The translations under genes and the position numbers were made by a program. A DNA stretch of 61,412 nucleotides, counting the filler, from Hausera hauseri (taxonomy: Eukaryota), in NCBI GenBank assembly GCA_046269625.1. It is 11 parts of 11 records of this genome, joined end to end, with 100 filler letters (N's around TTAATTAATTAA, not from the genome) between each part and the next. Parts side by side here need not be neighbours in the genome. Positions count along the whole stretch, not along the records: positions 57,198 to 61,412 come from JBJURY010695771.1; 10 more parts are not named here. One strand, 5' to 3'. The notes below the pieces were generated by a model. That model was not told the DNA's origin and ran no database searches. It saw only the letters and a list, made by a program, of their open reading frames with translations. Below are positions 61,006 to 61,412 of the stretch, piece by piece (the stretch's first letter is position 1; every line of letters begins with the position of its first letter).

Positions 61006-61293
61006 CTCGATTATACTTCAAGTGGTAGCGTAGACAAAAAATATAATAGTGAAATCGCCCGCTTAGAAACCTTTCGTGATTGTTGGCTGCCCAAATATTT
61101 CGTTTCACCCGCGGCCCTGGCCAAAAGCGGATTTATTTATGTTGGACCTGGCGATATTGTGAAATGTGTGTTTTGTATGAGAACCCTAAGAAATTGGGAA
61201 CCAAACGATTGTGTGGAGAGCGAACATCGCCGACATTATCCAGATTGTCCATTCGTTCAAGGAAAATGTAAGAATATCGCGCTCAACAGCTAG
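61006..61293 (+). CDS. BIR domain (inhibitor-of-apoptosis type); no in-frame ATG, so an exon or a pseudogene; absent from the ORF track
   Basis: Manual translation: YNSEIARLETFRDCWLPKYFVSPAALAKSGFIYVGPGDIVKCVFCMRTLRNWEPNDCVESEHRRHYPDCPFV, with exact CX2CX16HX6C spacing. Confidence 0.92.
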   Translation, partial: LDYTSSGSVDKKYNSEIARLETFRDCWLPKYFVSPAALAKSGFIYVGPGDIVKCVFCMRTLRNWEPNDCVESEHRRHYPDCPFVQGKCKNIALNS

Positions 61294-61412
61294 TCTTAAA
61301 GAACTATTTCAAACTTAAGTTATGGCGTACAATGTTGTACTTCTTAGGGTTTAGAGTAATAAATGCGAAAATTAAAGTATGTATAATATTCTATACGTCT
61401 ATTGATTATTTA

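Overview
This window is not one continuous locus. It is 11 unrelated short contigs (A 1-6375, B 6476-12277, C 12378-18476, D 18577-23610, E 23711-28020, F 28121-32886, G 32987-39082, H 39183-46671, I 46772-51281, J 51382-57097, K 57198-61412) joined by an artificial 100-nt spacer (N44-TTAATTAATTAA-N44). Most contigs are AT-rich, repeat-derived DNA from an animal, probably an invertebrate. Contig G looks like teleost DNA. The main discovery is a large Ty3/Gypsy LTR element (family 1, pieces in B, C, I and J) with an unusual layout. A chuvirus-like (class III, gB-type) fusion glycoprotein lies upstream of, and ancestrally in frame with, protease-RT-RNaseH-integrase. The integrase runs on into a signal-peptide-like segment, FN3-like domains with Thr-rich linkers and a terminal C3HC4 RING finger. 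The gag gene is followed by more than 2 kb of unknown, apparently helical coding sequence. Also present: a second Gypsy family (A, D, H) abutting intronless host-gene fragments (FHIP/FAM160A, AIF, MAP3K4-like); a decayed Polinton/Maverick carrying a TBP-like gene; Tigger and DD41D Tc1/mariner relics; a multi-exon HECT/G2E3-like gene in the fish-like contig; and a parvovirus NS1-like SF3 helicase with a 550-aa in-frame extension, followed by a BIR (IAP) domain that the ORF track missed. All family assignments come from manual motif recognition; no database searches were run.
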